A stretch of DNA of 64,000 nt from positions 2,173,663 through 2,237,662 of the forward strand of contig BDGG01000003.1 in assembly GCA_001949185.1 (NCBI GenBank), written 5' to 3'. Source of the stretch: Ramazzottius varieornatus (Eukaryota; Animalia; Tardigrada). The notes under the pieces are model-generated. The model worked only from the letters and a program-made list of their open reading frames with translations. It did no database searches and had not been told where the DNA came from. A program made the translations under genes and the position numbers. Of the stretch, positions 37,001 through 51,000 are shown piece after piece (within the stretch, counting starts at the first letter, position 1; each line of letters opens with the position of its first letter).

Positions 37001-40000
37001 TTCTCAAATTTCACCAGAACTTAGAGTCGACGAGCTGGGAGTGAAAATTGAATTCGACTTGCGCGACTTCAGTCGACGGTACAGAACAGTCAAAACACAT
37101 ATTCACGTAACACTCTTACCGGATACCCATTACGAATTAATTAGAAGAAATCCACGCACCATGCCAGAAAGTTTCGAAGACATTGATGGCATGTTCCATG
37201 ATTCGTGTAAGGAACTTCATCAAGTTCAAAATTCCATCATTAAATTGCCATCACACATTAGTCCGTATCTTTCAACTGTGAGCAAATGAATCGACAAACT
37301 GTAGAAAGAGAGCACTACGGTGCGAAAGATGTCTTGCAAGCGTTTATTATTATTGAACGAGTGCAGCATCTCAGACGCTCGAGATCCCTCAAAGTCCGCA
37401 TGCATAACAACATGTACACCAGCGCCACGGCGTTTTTCTCACATCAACACATGCCTGACTTGACACATTCACCGCCTCCGCAATCCGCTCTTGCCGTTAA
37501 TGTGCTGCTTTAAACGTGCAAGAGCCGTTTTTAAAGCCCAGCAGGAGACTGGCCGGAGCAATAATACACAGTACCGTGACTACCATCACGAAGATATCCA
37601 TCACCACAAAAATAAACCTGGCGCAAGACGACCCTACCACACCGCAGCGCCGTCATGCGGAGCAACATTGTTAATCGGATCACAGAGCGACAGAGCCTTC
37701 ACTACCCCATACGATCCCAAACATCTTTCGCATACACTGCCAGCGGCTACAGTGTAGGCAAATAAGGTACTCTAAGAGGGGGCAAGGCCAAAATCGACGT
37801 GACGCAGAAAGCAAACAGCTGATCAAGCTGCAATCCAGAGACGTGAACTGCCGCTTGATCTGCTGATTACTTCGAGCCAGAGTTTCTACGTCACTTGTCG
37901 AAAACTCGATTTTGGCCCTCCCCCTTTTAGAGTAACTTAATAATTGCCCACACTGTACCATAACTGCAACACCCCTGGTCCATGTCTCCTTCCGCATCGA
38001 TCAGCGAAAATCGCTGCTCCAAAGTGCAACTGACCTGGAATCCTTTGCGAAGATCCATATTGCCAATGCAGCACAGCCAATCAAGCGTCCACCGACCCAG
38101 GCCCAATCAAGCACTCAGATTCTGTGGCCGGCGTCCAGTTTGCTTGATTGATACAGTCAACTCAATACCAACAATACTGCAGCACTGGAAAACATCCTAC
38201 AAAATCAACAGTCAAGCGACAAAGGCAATCTTGAAACCCAAAAGCACTATGGTGTTGGGGAGTGGTTCGCTGACTGAAAAGGGACGCAAACACGGAGTGG
38301 AAACGCGGACATCCCGCTGTGAAAGTTCAAAGCGATTCTGTTCGATTGGCTTCTAATTCTTGTCGTTTGACATGTCATAACTCTCCGAAAGAGCTGCATG
38401 GCACTGTGGCATTCGCAACCACTCGAAGTGCACATGGAAAGATATCGATGAAGATAGAGCGGAAATACTTGGGCATAAGCTGCAAGCTAACCCTGTATAT
38501 GGACTTATTATGCCTTCGAATGTCATTAGATAAGCGAAGATATACTACAGTTGGCTCTCACAAGCCGTTGAGCAAAGATAACAAGAGCCTTGATGAGCTG
38601 AAATGTCGAAGAACGATCGCTGCGGCTGAGCCCAAGAAAGCAGACGGAAGCTCCGGAACATTAAGAGCACAAGAAGGACGAGGAATGTGAGCATGACAGA
38701 TTAGCTTCTTCCTAGGTAAACTGTCAAGTCCTTCAAGTGGAACCATCGTTCCAAACGTTACAGGGATTATCCATACTCACTGGACCGCAGTGCCCTTCTT
38801 GAAATATGCAAATTTTGCTACTGGAGCATGACTGAAAGAAAAGATGTGATTAAGCCCGGAATACTTTGATTATCGAGTTTCCGCTGTGGAAAGCTCTCCA
38901 GGCAGTTCACATATTTTGACTGAAATTTTTCCCTGACATCGAGCACGCGCAGCCTGACCAGAAAGCGAACAAGATCCCAAAGTTCCTCGTCACTAAATCT
39001 GGGGAAGGGTCGAAATTCAGTAGAAACGAAAGAACCAAAAATCGGCCGTGTAGTCAGGGGTTGGTTTGTAACCTGCGCTTTCCGGCGCGAACCCGAAGAG
39101 TTCTCCGCAATTACCATTACGGAAGTACCTAACATACATAGTGTTCAGAGACGGCCAAACAATTACATAATTACGACCTATAGAAAAAACTCGGCAAAAG
39201 AGCGGGACAAAAAACGTGTTTCACGCCATGTGCGTCACTGAAGTGCTGAAGAGCCTAAGCTTTTAATCTAATCACAGCTTGTCACATTCCACCAAACCGC
39301 ATCCCTTCAAAGACCGAAATGTAAGACAATCGGACACTCTTGAGAGACTGTGAAGAGCCAAAAGCATCGTGTGAAGATCTGCAAGTACGTGATGATATCC
39401 GGTTCGCGGTCGGTAATAAGAATACCTCGTTCAAGACCTCAACCTGAAACTTGAAACCTTTCACCGACTTCGCTACGATTACAATTACGATGATCGAATC
39501 ACAAATCGGAATTTCGACGTTTCAACCACCCCGTTTCACTCACGCACATTAGACTGACCAGATTTAAGTTAAAGTGCTGAGCAAATGTGCCACCAATATT
39601 TCGAGTGGACAAGCGGTGACTTCCGTCACATCAGCCTGACACGATAGTCAAAGCACTCGAGTCTTCTTCGTTGACTAGACCCAAATTAATGCCGAGAGAA
39701 TAGCGGACATGTCGCTAACGTCGTTCCTCATCGAGCGGAATAATGTATATGGTGAGCGATATTACCAAATGACTTTTAACCGCAATAGCACAAAGTAACA
39801 CAAAAGCCTGCGCCATTCACGCAGAAGTGCGCCGTGGGCCCCAATCAATACAATGTCTTCGGAGAGTGCGGCATAAGCATGCCACTTGATTTGAACCTAG
39901 ACCAATCAAGACCTCGTTATGCATTCTACAGGAGTCTCAAACAATAGCTCATCGAGCATCTCCCGCTGATTTTCGCGACGATTTCTCGCACCTCATTACG

Positions 40001-43000
40001 TTTCTGCCAGATGCTACATGTTTAAAGTTCCTTCACACTTCGACAGCGAGAAATTTCTTTCCGACGGTTGCTTCTGCCAGACACTCTGTGAAAAAGCACA
40101 ACGTGATCAAGTTATTGAAACTGACAGGTCTGAAGTTTATGGATCAAAGTTCAAACGCTTCGAAAACATATTTCCTATAGTGTGCGCCAGTTGATCGGGA
40201 ATCAGGGAGCACAGCTACCTCACTTCATTCGCGCTTTCTCGTTCGGATGTGTTGTAAGACCATGAACAGCAGATCTATTTCCGAGTCAAGGTCTAGGCTG
40301 TCTGGAGAACTCATTAACCTCTTCGGCAAAGATTTTTGTTGAGAACGAGATTTTGCTTATGGAAATTGCATCGATATCTACGCGAAACAAGTCGAACTGC
40401 ATGGCACTCTTTCAGTCCGGAATCAAGTTGACATGCCGGCATTATTGGTCACGGCCTCGCCCGTATAAATTTCCGGTCGTGCCTTGCTGCAAAACACTTC
40501 AAAGTCCACACAAATGCTAAAACGATGCCATTGAGAATTTGAGAGAGCAACAAAACAGTGCAAAGTGCGACACGTTTGACTTGATGTATTCAAAGCTCTC
40601 ACGGATACTCTGATGGGGTTCCCCGAAGGTTCCCCAAAGCCAACGCATTTCTGTATTTAGTTTCTGAGACTTCGACAGAATATATTTCTATGGTAGGCTT
40701 TGAGAAATCTCCATTAATCTCAAAATCATCCTCAAGTAATTCAAAGACAGCTTTAAGGCGAAACAATAACCATCACTCAATTATAGGCAAACAAATAAAC
40801 AGACGGATGTGCTGGTATACCTGCTGCGACCGCGAAGCATCTGGTTATGATGAACAGCGACCCACCTCGTCGTTAATCCGACAAAAGCCATGCTTGTCGC
40901 ATCTCGTTCGGAGGTTCATGTCGCAACTTCAACGAGGTAAACTCGACTACGCCATTAATATTTGGCATTTCACCCAACACGATCACCAAGCTGCTCAGTG
41001 TTATTTCTGCCGACCGACAGAGTTCGACAGAGACCCTTGAGCTTGTGGAAACATTATCGACCCTCATTAATAATAATCAACAACGGCGAGCAGCAACAGC
41101 GGAAAATGTATGCACTGCATCTAAAAATACCGCCCTTCCTTCAACGAGCAGTCCGACACCGAAGAAATCCTCGTCTTCTAATCGGTGTTCGTGATCTTTT
41201 CCGAGGAACCCACGAAAACGAGGAAATGAAAAGCCAGAAACCACAGAAGAAACATCGCTTTTCTGCAGAAATTTTCCACTGAAACTTCGCCCTTCATTCC
41301 CTCGTCTACTCTTGATCAAAGCGTGTCCGTTTCTTTCGGGAGGAGCTCGCCTAAGACTCATGAAGATACGGAAGAGAAGGAATGGATAGACAATGTTACT
41401 TGAAGGCTTTCCATTCGGCTCTCGGGTCGTCTCTTCTGAAGAGCCAAATCCTTTCCGATCCAGTTCATTTTCTGAAATGGCCTATGACGACATAAAGAGA
41501 CATGTTTTTGGAATCTTGTTAAAAGAGCGTAACGATGACGAAGTGGAACTTCCCATTCCAGACTTACAAAGCCCTCAAGAAACTCTGAACGGGAAAATGG
41601 ATTGATGCGGCCACTAGTTTGTGTCGGGTTCCCTCCTTGTCGTCCAGATTGACTGCTTTACAGGAAATGTCCTGTGATCGTAGCTAATCGAAGGGAGCTC
41701 AATCTCCCATGCTTTGTCCACATTGTATTCTACATTGAATTTGACAGACTGTTGAAATCGGTGCGAGGATTCATTTTCCAATGAAAGGAGAATAAACGAC
41801 TCGACCCAGTTTGACGTTTCTGCCCAACATTGGGTCAAATCATTAATGGCGCCTTCCAGCGCATTCTTCAAGCATCTCTTATGGACATCCAAATAAATAC
41901 CACCTGCTCGTTAAACCATCTTCATGTTCGTATGTTTAAAGACCATCAAGTATCGTTCATATCTCCCACTTATCGCAGAATAACGATCGTTCCCGTTCGG
42001 GAGTACACAAACCAACAGCGCCATTAAACGCCGGATGACCAAAGCCCGCGATGGTATGCAACAAGCATGAACCACAACGTAAACCAGAAAGGAAGAACCG
42101 TACCCGGTCGCCCACCACGGAACCACAATAAGACAGCCAGCGACAAGTATGGTAGACCATAAGGATAAACAGCAATCACAACCTAACACCCATGTGGCTC
42201 GCCATGACTGTGAATCGATTGTCGCGGATGAACGCTGTTTGCATTGTTTGCCTTGTTTGATTGTGACGACTTGATTGAATTTTTGTTTGTTCGACAATGA
42301 AATTGGGAATCGTCTGTTGTTTCTCATCTTTGCTCTCCAATGACACTGTTTGCCTTTGAGATTGACACCACCATCCCCAGCTAATCAGCCAGCGATATGG
42401 TTTAATAATTTCGGCAAACCGGAATCTGGTCTCAGGGGCATTTAAAGCGGAAAAAGTCGCCACGAGATGGGGAAAACGATCAAAGAAGCGATCCGACGGA
42501 AATTATGACCGAGCACAAATAATCCGAGACAAACCTGTTATGCAACTGCCCTCTTTTCCCCTTCCTCAACGTCGCACACCACCCATGATCTTGATTTTTC
42601 TCAGCGGTCACTTTGAACAATTTCGACAGTCTCTCACGGGAAATCAAGTTATTGGATGATTATGTAAGCAGGAAAGTTAAAAGAGAAGAGACAGATGCCA
42701 CGAAATTTGAAAATGTAATGCAGCGATTAACCTGACGTCTTTTAGGTGTTTCCTTCGTCTAATTGGACAAAAATATTCTTACGAGCAAGCCCGGAAAACG
42801 CCTAAGCTGTTGTGAAGCCGCATACATATTAATCGTTCACGTCAAAACAGCAAAGGAGTATTCAACGTCAGACGTGGTACTGGCAGAAAGTCAATATCGA
42901 GCGCTGATAGCCTGATACCGAGGACGATACTAGTGTCTCGCCTTTCCGTCAACGCAAAGATTGTTGCTCACACGATGACAAACCTGATTCCAGCCAGCGG

Positions 43001-43526
43001 CCCAGCCTCAATCCATCGGGAAGCCGAACATTTCATCCAGTATTCAAATCCATTCCTGCAAGAACTTGCAAAACAACCGAAAAGAATTCCGCAAAATTCA
43101 CTACACAGTATACCATGTCCAGCTGATGACGTCAAAAGCCACAAGGACCGACCGCACATTCAAACAAGCAAGCGATGACGTAGGGCGTGAGTTGAGCTGG
43201 GTAATTCGGTAGGGCTCAATCAACAATCAAGTATTACGGCCATTTTACGGTCCATCAAGTTTCAACAATCGTTTCCATTGTTCAAGCTTACCATTGTGTT
43301 CCGCAAAGACATTATTTCCGACTGCAAATTTCTTCTTCACAGATGGGGAACGGCTGGCCTTGCCCAGCGTTTCCGAATGGAGGCTGGTGGAAGACTGAGT
43401 GAGGGAATGGCCAAGTCCAGGAGAAGATACTGCTGCAAAGCTTGCACGGCTGAAGGGAGATGACACCGTTGTTGTGCTGCCACGGTCAGCCGACGAGAGG
43501 CCTTCTTTGGTCTGTTGAGCACCCAT
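31075..43526 (-). CDS. ABL: Tyrosine-protein kinase Abl (SH3-SH2-kinase-F-actin-binding)
   Basis: Exon 1 MGAQQTK (myristoylation motif) at 43292-43526, then a ~6.8-kb intron. Later exons encode 'RWLSKENL', SH3 'ALYDF' and 'GWVPSNYI', SH2 '[10 protein letters not shown]', kinase '[10 protein letters not shown]', 'HRDLAARN', 'DFGL' and '[10 protein letters not shown]', and a C-terminal F-actin-binding region '[14 protein letters not shown]'. Confidence 0.97.
33975..34119. mobile_element. 145-bp MITE with ~53-bp TIRs, TA TSD, in an Abl intron
   Basis: Arms C(T/G)A(G/A)GAAA..TCCTAACTTT.CTAGCG..T.CAACTTT.CTAG.ATACGTCA are inverted, flanked by gTA/TAc. Confidence 0.75.
34125..34228. repeat. Palindromic element copy 12 (Abl intron)
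   Basis: ttgaacgagatcgttttcccacatggcgcacgcttacagccaataacaatgaaaacgtgcgctacttgatgtgacgatctggttcag. Confidence 0.85.
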
Positions 43527-44598
43527 ATCGTCGTGCCTGCATCACTCGTGAAGTAATCCAATTAATTGGCTAATTATTCCTTCAGAATGAACGATGAGAT
43601 CATCATGACTTGTTTGTGATCATACCCAGGAAGTGGTCATCGTCCAAATGAGATATTCAGCAGCGTAACATACTCGTCGTTCTCGGTTATCGCAGACTAT
43701 GATGTCAGCCAAATAACATTTTACAACAGTTTCATGTCTCTCCTCTTGTAAAGTGCGAGGATGACCAAGAAAATGGGATATGAGATCGAGATGCGACGTG
43801 GTATAAGTTGGCTGCGCATTTCATCTGACACAGACAAACAGTAACGCCTAGCCTGTCTGCCCAGTTGCCGCCACTGCCGGTCAAGATGAATGAAGAGCTA
43901 CAATGACTCATCAGAGACATCCAATTGGAATCGAGGCTGCATTGTGTCTCCACCTCCACCGGAATTTTGACCTTTACCGGCCTCGGGCTGTACTTAGGCC
44001 TGGGGCAATTTTGAAGGTGAAGGGGTCTGAGCGTTACGCACAGAGTGAACATTGCCTTGCGCAGTTGCGCTGTATGAAAGTTGCGGTTTCTAGTAGCCGG
44101 CACGGAAATGCTGGTGAAAAAGAGGCAGAGAGTATGGAACGGCGAACAGAAAACTGGTGTTCACAAGCCCAGTATTACTTGCCACGATGCTGTGATAAGT
44201 GTGACTGCTGTGAGTGCTGTCCTGCAAAATTTCTAAATTAAAATTTTCGATTTTCCGTTGTTTGCATTTGCAGTTTTCGTTTGCAACTTTCCCCATGTCC
44301 GCTCTCGGTTGTCTTTCGTTAGCTTGCATCGTCCAGTGTCTTTTCAGGCAAGCGAAGCCGGACGAAAGATGCAGCGTAGGCACATGCATTAGAAGCTGTG
44401 AAAGCTGCTGGAGAACAACTCAAAGAGCGTAGCTGCGTCAGGATGGGCGATCGAGGTTGAACCTTCCAAGCTTCAAGCTCCTAGATCGTGCGAATTTTCG
44501 ACGAGGAAACCGGTGACCAGCAGTTTGCCTGGCGAAAGTAAGGTTAACTCGGCCTTTTCGAAATTGAACGCAGAAAGGCTGAGAAAGCTGCAGCCTCA

Positions 44599-47041
44599 AT
44601 GGCCGGCTCCTGCAACTCTATCCGCTGCAAAGTCAGCTTCGAGAAAGAGGCGCTGTCGATTCGGCACTACATACTCCCAGTCGATGATCCAAACAACGAT
44701 GCTGACTTCTACGATCGTCTGGTAGCCAAAATCGATCAAGACATCGTCAAGGCGAAATCGGAAGCCATCACTCAGCCATGCTTTACTCTTTATTGGACAG
44801 GTTCGCAATTTTGAGATGCTGTATGGAAGTGATTAAGACCGTTTTCTTTTGCCTGTAGATCAGGATGGCGATGCGATCTGCGTTGATTCCGAGGAGAGCT
44901 TTCAGACCGCGCTATCCTACGTCAAACCCGATGCTGCGGGCTTCAGCGTGCTGCGCCTCATTGCCAAGTTCAGCCCAAATGGCAGTGTAAAGATCTCGAA
45001 CGGCATTGCCATCTACGGGCCAAGTAAGCTAACGCCGATTACGGACAAACGTTCAGCTTCGGCTAGTCCACCGAAGAAGCCAAATGGTTCTGTGAAGAAA
45101 GTCAAAAAGGTTTATGTCCAGTCGTTCGAAACTTCCCTTCAGAAGCCAGTTAGCCGAGCTGGTCCGAGCAAAGCTGCTGTGAGAGTGATGGAAGGTGCCA
45201 TGGACGATGGGATGGACGAAGCTCAGGATGAGGGCTGTAAGTTTCTCTGCGTTACTTATTCAGCATTAGCAATTCACACGCGTTGCAGGATTAAGGGTTA
45301 ATTCGGCTTTCCTGCGAAAACTTCTATCAAGTTGGTGCCCGATTGTCCGCTTATTATTTGCAGAAAAATGGCAGAATTTCTCACTTTGCACGAATCATTC
45401 AAACATGTGAAATTGGTCTTGGAGAAAGTTTGTCTTGCTTACAGCTTCTCAAGTCAGCAAACCCGTTTTGTGCCCAGGGTGTGACGAAAGCTTCTTCAAC
45501 TATGCAGTTTTTAAAAGGAATCATTGGGCGGAGTGCTCCGGTGAGTTCGAGAAATCTTAGTCTCTGGAGAAGTCGAGAAAAATTTTCAGGGTTGTATTTA
45601 TGTGGCAAAAATTATTTATGTGGTACCAGATTGTTTGGCCGTTCTAGAAATTGAGGACAGAGACAGGGTGAGTGGCCGTTGCCCAAACTGTCGGGAGGTC
45701 TTTGCCGGGAAACAGTGGACCAGCCATCAACGAGGCTGCAAGCTCAAGAAAGAAAGTGCCCCAGCCAAAGCTACTTCCAGGAAAATGCCGAAGTCAGCTG
45801 TTCCCCTCTTGTGTCCAGGCTGCAACGAGAAATGTCGTAGCTTTGCCGAGTTCAAGAAGCGACACTGGCCCCAGTGCAGCGGTAAGTGTCCCCTGCGTCG
45901 GCATAATTTTTCAAAACAACACAAATTGATTTTACATTTTATTACAGTTTTAAATTTTATCTTTTAGAAATTGAGCAAACGGATGAGTTGACTGTACGGT
46001 GCTGTCATTGCAAAGAAACTTTCAATGGACACGGGTGGAACAAGCATCAGCGCTTCTGTAAGCATAGAGGTGCATCCCCCAAGAAGAAGAACGGCGTTAC
46101 GCAAAACGGTAACAATCGTCGCGTGGGCGAATGACTTGAATCGGATCGTTATCCCAAGTGACGCGTGTTTTCGTCGTCGATGACTGGAAGTTTGCGCCAC
46201 AGGAGGAACGATCTGGTTTTAATCATTTGCCCGCGTCCCAGTTTTGTTGGTCCTGTCGTCCTGAATCTAATCAACCGTACTGATGTTTTACATGTTGTAG
46301 GCACGGAACGGAAGTCGCTGAAAGTTTTGTTCCGGAAGAAAAGAAAAGAGTTCAAAGGTGCGTCCCGTGTAGGTTATCCATCGCAGCAGAAAGTTGAGTG
46401 TGATCCGGGATGTGGTAAGGTGCTGGGCTCTGCAGCGAATCTGAAGCGACATCGACTAACGTGCAAACTAGTGCCTACCGACACAGGTGAAGATTTCGAG
46501 GCAGCTTCGGCACGTTCTGGTAAGATCCCATCTTCCAGTCGAGAGTTGGGTGGTGTCAGTAGCTCTGTGTCGTGAATGGTGTATTTCGTGCTTTAGAATC
46601 GTCATCAGGGAATATGCCGTTGAATACGACCTGGCGTTCCTGGGCCAGATCTAACCACTCGCCCGAAATTCCCCTCTCGGTCAGCCACAGTTCTGCCGGA
46701 AAGAGGTCTGTTAGTCCTGCTTCTACGGAAGAAGTTGATGGGAACTTTGGTCATCGCGAAGGCACGGCCTCACCCACGACAGAAGTTGGACAAGGTGCGG
46801 GACAGTCAGTTTAACGCTAGTCGAGTTTCCAGTGTGGATCTATAGCGAATTTCTTTTGATGCATTTGTGGTCGATATGTATTAGCTGCTGTAGTAAATGT
46901 TCTTGTTCAATAGATACGGAAGTTAATTGGACCGAACGCTATCCCTCCCAAGTAGACGACGAACCCGAAGATGTGAAACCAGACTTGGCCACCTTGAACG
47001 CCCACTACGCCGCATCGCAGCATGTTGCAGACACACGATGA
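44599..47041 (+). CDS. PB1-domain protein with five C2HC zinc fingers (8 coding exons)
   Basis: Approximate exons: 44599-44800, 44859-45236, 45445-45540, 45648-45881, 45968-46108, 46301-46519, 46597-46794, 46914-47041. They splice in frame. PB1 basic Lys and OPCA motif 'YWTDQDGDAICV' are present, plus five CxxC(or CxxxC)..H-x3-C motifs. Confidence 0.75.
46113..46243. repeat. Palindromic element copy 13 (PB1-ZF gene intron)
   Basis: gggcgaatgacttgaatcggatcgttatcccaagtgacgc..tgcgccacaggaggaacgatctggttttaatcatttgcccgcgtcccagtt. Confidence 0.8.
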
Positions 47042-48032
47042 CATAGCCATTCCGCCTGAAGCCTGTGTGCCAAAGAAAGCTTTGAGGTACTGTAACAGCC
47101 TATAACTTTGCTATTTAAATACAATGTCGAAATTTGACACTGGGTAAAAGAAGTTTGGCCCTCCTAACTTAACTTTTTATTGATCACTTTTTGAAACTTT
47201 CCTCAAGGTTTTTCCACTAAGGATTCCAACCGAGCGTTCCTTATAGCTGATATCCATTTTGTTGCGATCCGAAAGCTCAGCTTGTGTTTGTAACCTTTTG
47301 CGATTAATTTTGTACTTTTTCTCAAATCTCTGACTGTGGCAATCATTTTGGGTCTGCGCGAACCTTCGAAGTTTTGATTGTTAATTGCTGATGTCAGCAA
47401 TAAGGGTAACATCGGGCCTTTATGGTCGGTTCAATGCCAAGGTTAGCGCGATCACCTACTAGGCATCGCATAAAGGTTGTTAACACAGTGACAATCGACG
47501 AAGTAAAAGCTCGAGAAAACTCATCTTCCTGTAAGCAACGTTGATATATTTGCTAACGAGAGTCAGGATAGCCATCACCGAAAGTACGATGAGGTTCTCA
47601 CAGAGGTAATTTCAGCCACGTTGCTGTTTTTCTGGGGTTGATATATGGACAGGAAAACATGGAGTTAAGTAGCTTGGCAAATATCAAATATCAAGAGGCT
47701 ACAGTAGCTTTTCACTGACGTCTGTGTGGAGGGAATTTCCGAAGAAGCTCTTTGAACATCGGTCCGTGTCTGAAACGTTTGTTTATCATAGTGAGCGTGC
47801 AGATATGCGGTATACCGGCATCGAAAACTGCGAAAGCAACCCGCACTTGTTCTCTGAGTACACATCCTTCTTCACGTTTTGGTAAACTGAAATTATGTGG
47901 TGAAGGTCATCGTTTCTTCGGCCGTGATAGAATGTCGGTTTTTCTTTGAGCTTCGTTGGACAGTTCAACAGGAGTCTACACACGGAGGGTGTATTCACTG
48001 TTTTGATATTGTTGAAACGTAATCAATTCAGA

Positions 48033-51000
48033 ATGGCGCCTTGGAAGCGTTTTGGGTTTCCGTCGTTCGACTATCCGAAAGGCAATCTGGGGAAAGAGGT
48101 TATGGGTGGGGTGGAGAAAATTTTCTCCGGGAAGGCTCCTGACTCTGCGAGGGGCAAGTGCCCGCTGTTGAGGAACGAACATATGGAGGACTTCTGCAAC
48201 ATCAACGATAGCCCCGCCAGACTAACAAAGGTACCGTACCTGCATTTGGCTCGAATCTTATGGAAAATTTGTGTATTTTTTCTGTTTGTGCAGATGGCTG
48301 TCGATGGGAAACAGGCTGACCTTCAACGATTGATTAATGAAAGGCGTAGTAGGCTCTTCGTCTGTGGAGCCGGTGGGAGAACGCTCCTTCACTACGCGGC
48401 GGAAAGTGGTCAATTGCAGATGATGGACTTTCTCATCCAGGCCGGCATCCGTAAGTCTTACCTGAGCATTTACCGGTCCCATGTTATTGCCGGATATTCG
48501 AGACAAAGTGTATTTCCTGAGAGCGTTTTGATTGTAGAGGTGGACGAGAAGGATGACGAAGGAGAGACAGCTCTGCATTTAGCGGTCATGAAGGACAAGG
48601 AAAAAGTTGTTCAAGCGCTGATTGCACTCAAAGCAGATCTGTACGCTCGAAACCAGAAACAAGAGACAGCCATGCATATGGCGGCTCGTACCAACAGCGT
48701 AAATGCTCTTCAGGTATGCTGTATCGGTGGAACTTGATTTTGCACTTGCAAATATTTTACGAATTTTTCCGCTGATTTTTAGTGTCTGCTGGAGTCGATG
48801 GTGGATTCGGTCGACATCCCCGGCTACTACTGCGAAACGCCTTTGCACCTGAGCTGTTCCTTTGGTTATCTGGACTGCGTACGGCTCCTGATGAAACATG
48901 GCGCTAGTTGTCTGGCCGGCGGGAAGATGGGTCTTTCTGCCTGCCATATTGCAGCAGGCAAAGCCCAGCCGGAAGTGGTCATGTGCATACTGAACGGTAA
49001 GTGAAGGTTTTGTGTGCTGAGCGATATACCGCTTTCCAAAGATATCCCTTATTAGTAATGGACGACTGTGTTTACTGATGTGATGTTTACAGAGTCTGGA
49101 ATTCCCAGAGAGGCGCTACTAGGAAAAGGTGACGAGGAGAACCGCACTCCGCTCCATTGGGCCGTCATCAAGGGCGATGTTAACATGGTGAAATTGTTAA
49201 TCGAGCACGGTTCTCAAGTGGACGCACAAACAGTAATCCAACCTTTCGTTCCCAGAATGAACGAGGCCATTAATGAATGTCTGGAATTTTGCAGTGCGAT
49301 CAGTCAACACCGTTGCACTTAGCGTGCTCGCAGGGTCTCCTGGACATCGTTGAGCAAGTTCATCGCTCGGTCGGCTCTGGAGACTTTCAAAATATTCTGG
49401 GCGTGGTTGATGCGCAGGGAATGACGCCTTTACATCGTAAGTCCGTCAGCCAATACAGTTGAACTGAAATTGGTCGTATATTTTTCTTTTCCATCATTTT
49501 AGGGCGTAGGCAAACAACTCGACAAGAACCACAGATCGTTTGTCCAAGTGGCGCACAGTACCAAGCTGAAACTGTGCGCCACTTGGAAAGACAGTCTTGT
49601 CAAGTCTGTTTGCCGAGCTCTTGAGTTCCTGTTTGAGGTCTGGACAACCACTGTCTGCCTGCAAAGTGGTTTGATGTGGTTTTTCGTAGGCGCGGTTATG
49701 TTTGACCATGAGAACGTGACGAGGTTTCTCCTGTTAAAGGTAAGCAGCAATCTTTCCTGATACCTGGGCTGACCAAGTACTGCCTTTTTTCTACGGTTTT
49801 TTGTCCATTGTTGGCGGCTTAGGGTGCGCCGGTTGATGTGCAAGATAATGAAGGGCGGACGCCACTAACACTCGCTTCCACACGATCGTCCTTTATTTCC
49901 ACGGCGGTCCTGCTGGACCACGGTGCCGACCCGACCATCCAAGACAACTATGGAAAGAACTACTTGCATTACTACATTACACACGGTCTGCCTTTAGATT
50001 GTGCCTATATGAAAGCGTCCATCAGCAAGGTAAATCGCGCCAAAGTGGTGAAGAACCTACGAATCATTCGGAAGTAATAATAACCGGTCTCTCTGGTTTA
50101 GTACGCCGGTCTTTTGAACGCCAAAGATAAGTTCGGCTGCACTCCTTTGCATTACGCGGCGCAAAACGGATTTCTTCAGTCCAGCAATAGCTTGGTCAGC
50201 TTCGGAGCGACCGTGAACGCCCGCAACAAGGGATACCAGGTGGAGTTCAAAGTTACGGTACATTAGGTCAACCTATCCATAAGAAGTTATGAATGTCGGT
50301 TTTGGTTTTATAGAGCCCATTTCATTTCGCGGCCAAGTAAGACCATACTTATTATCATAGCAGGGTGATACATAGTATATTTGGATGCGTTCGGGAAGCT
50401 CATGTTTTAGGTATGGGCGGTTCAACACCGTCAAGAGCCTGCTGGACTCATGTCGCGGACAGAACATTATCAACGATTCGGATGCTGTTGGTAGGACAAT
50501 TTTGAGCTTAAAAGCATTTCGCATTACGAGCGCGTGGAATGAAGTCAGAAATTGAGAAAAGAAAACGACTGTTGTTTCGTGGTGTAGGACACACGGCTCT
50601 TCACGCTGCAGCGGAGAATGGCCACTGTGACGTGGTTCAGCTCTTGATGGCTCGTGGAGCCCTGACACACAAGTATTCCATACTATCCTATGCTTGAAGA
50701 ACAAGACAGGTTTTCACGGGATTTTTTTATTTTACAGAGCCTTCAATGGTCAGACGCCACTTCACTTAGCGGCAGCTAATAACTACCGCGGTATGGTCGC
50801 TTATTATTGGTTTTCTTATATCATGCTGGAAATTTATGTTGCGGGGTAAAAGCGTTTCGGGGGGTTTTTGCAGAAGTCTGCCGACTGTTTGTGGTACATT
50901 ACACTTACCTTTTGGATAGCATCGATCGAAATGGGGTACGTGTTCCGAACGTTCAAAATACCTGTACTTGTTGTTAGCGACTTGCCGTGCTTGTAGGACA

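Noticed and set aside
36969-37289. 106-aa + strand ORF nested in Abl intron 1
   Set aside because: No motif or splice support, and the length is compatible with chance.
39826-40195. Half-sites of the palindromic element (also ~14918 and ~62055-62082)
   Set aside because: Too degenerate or unpaired to count as copies.
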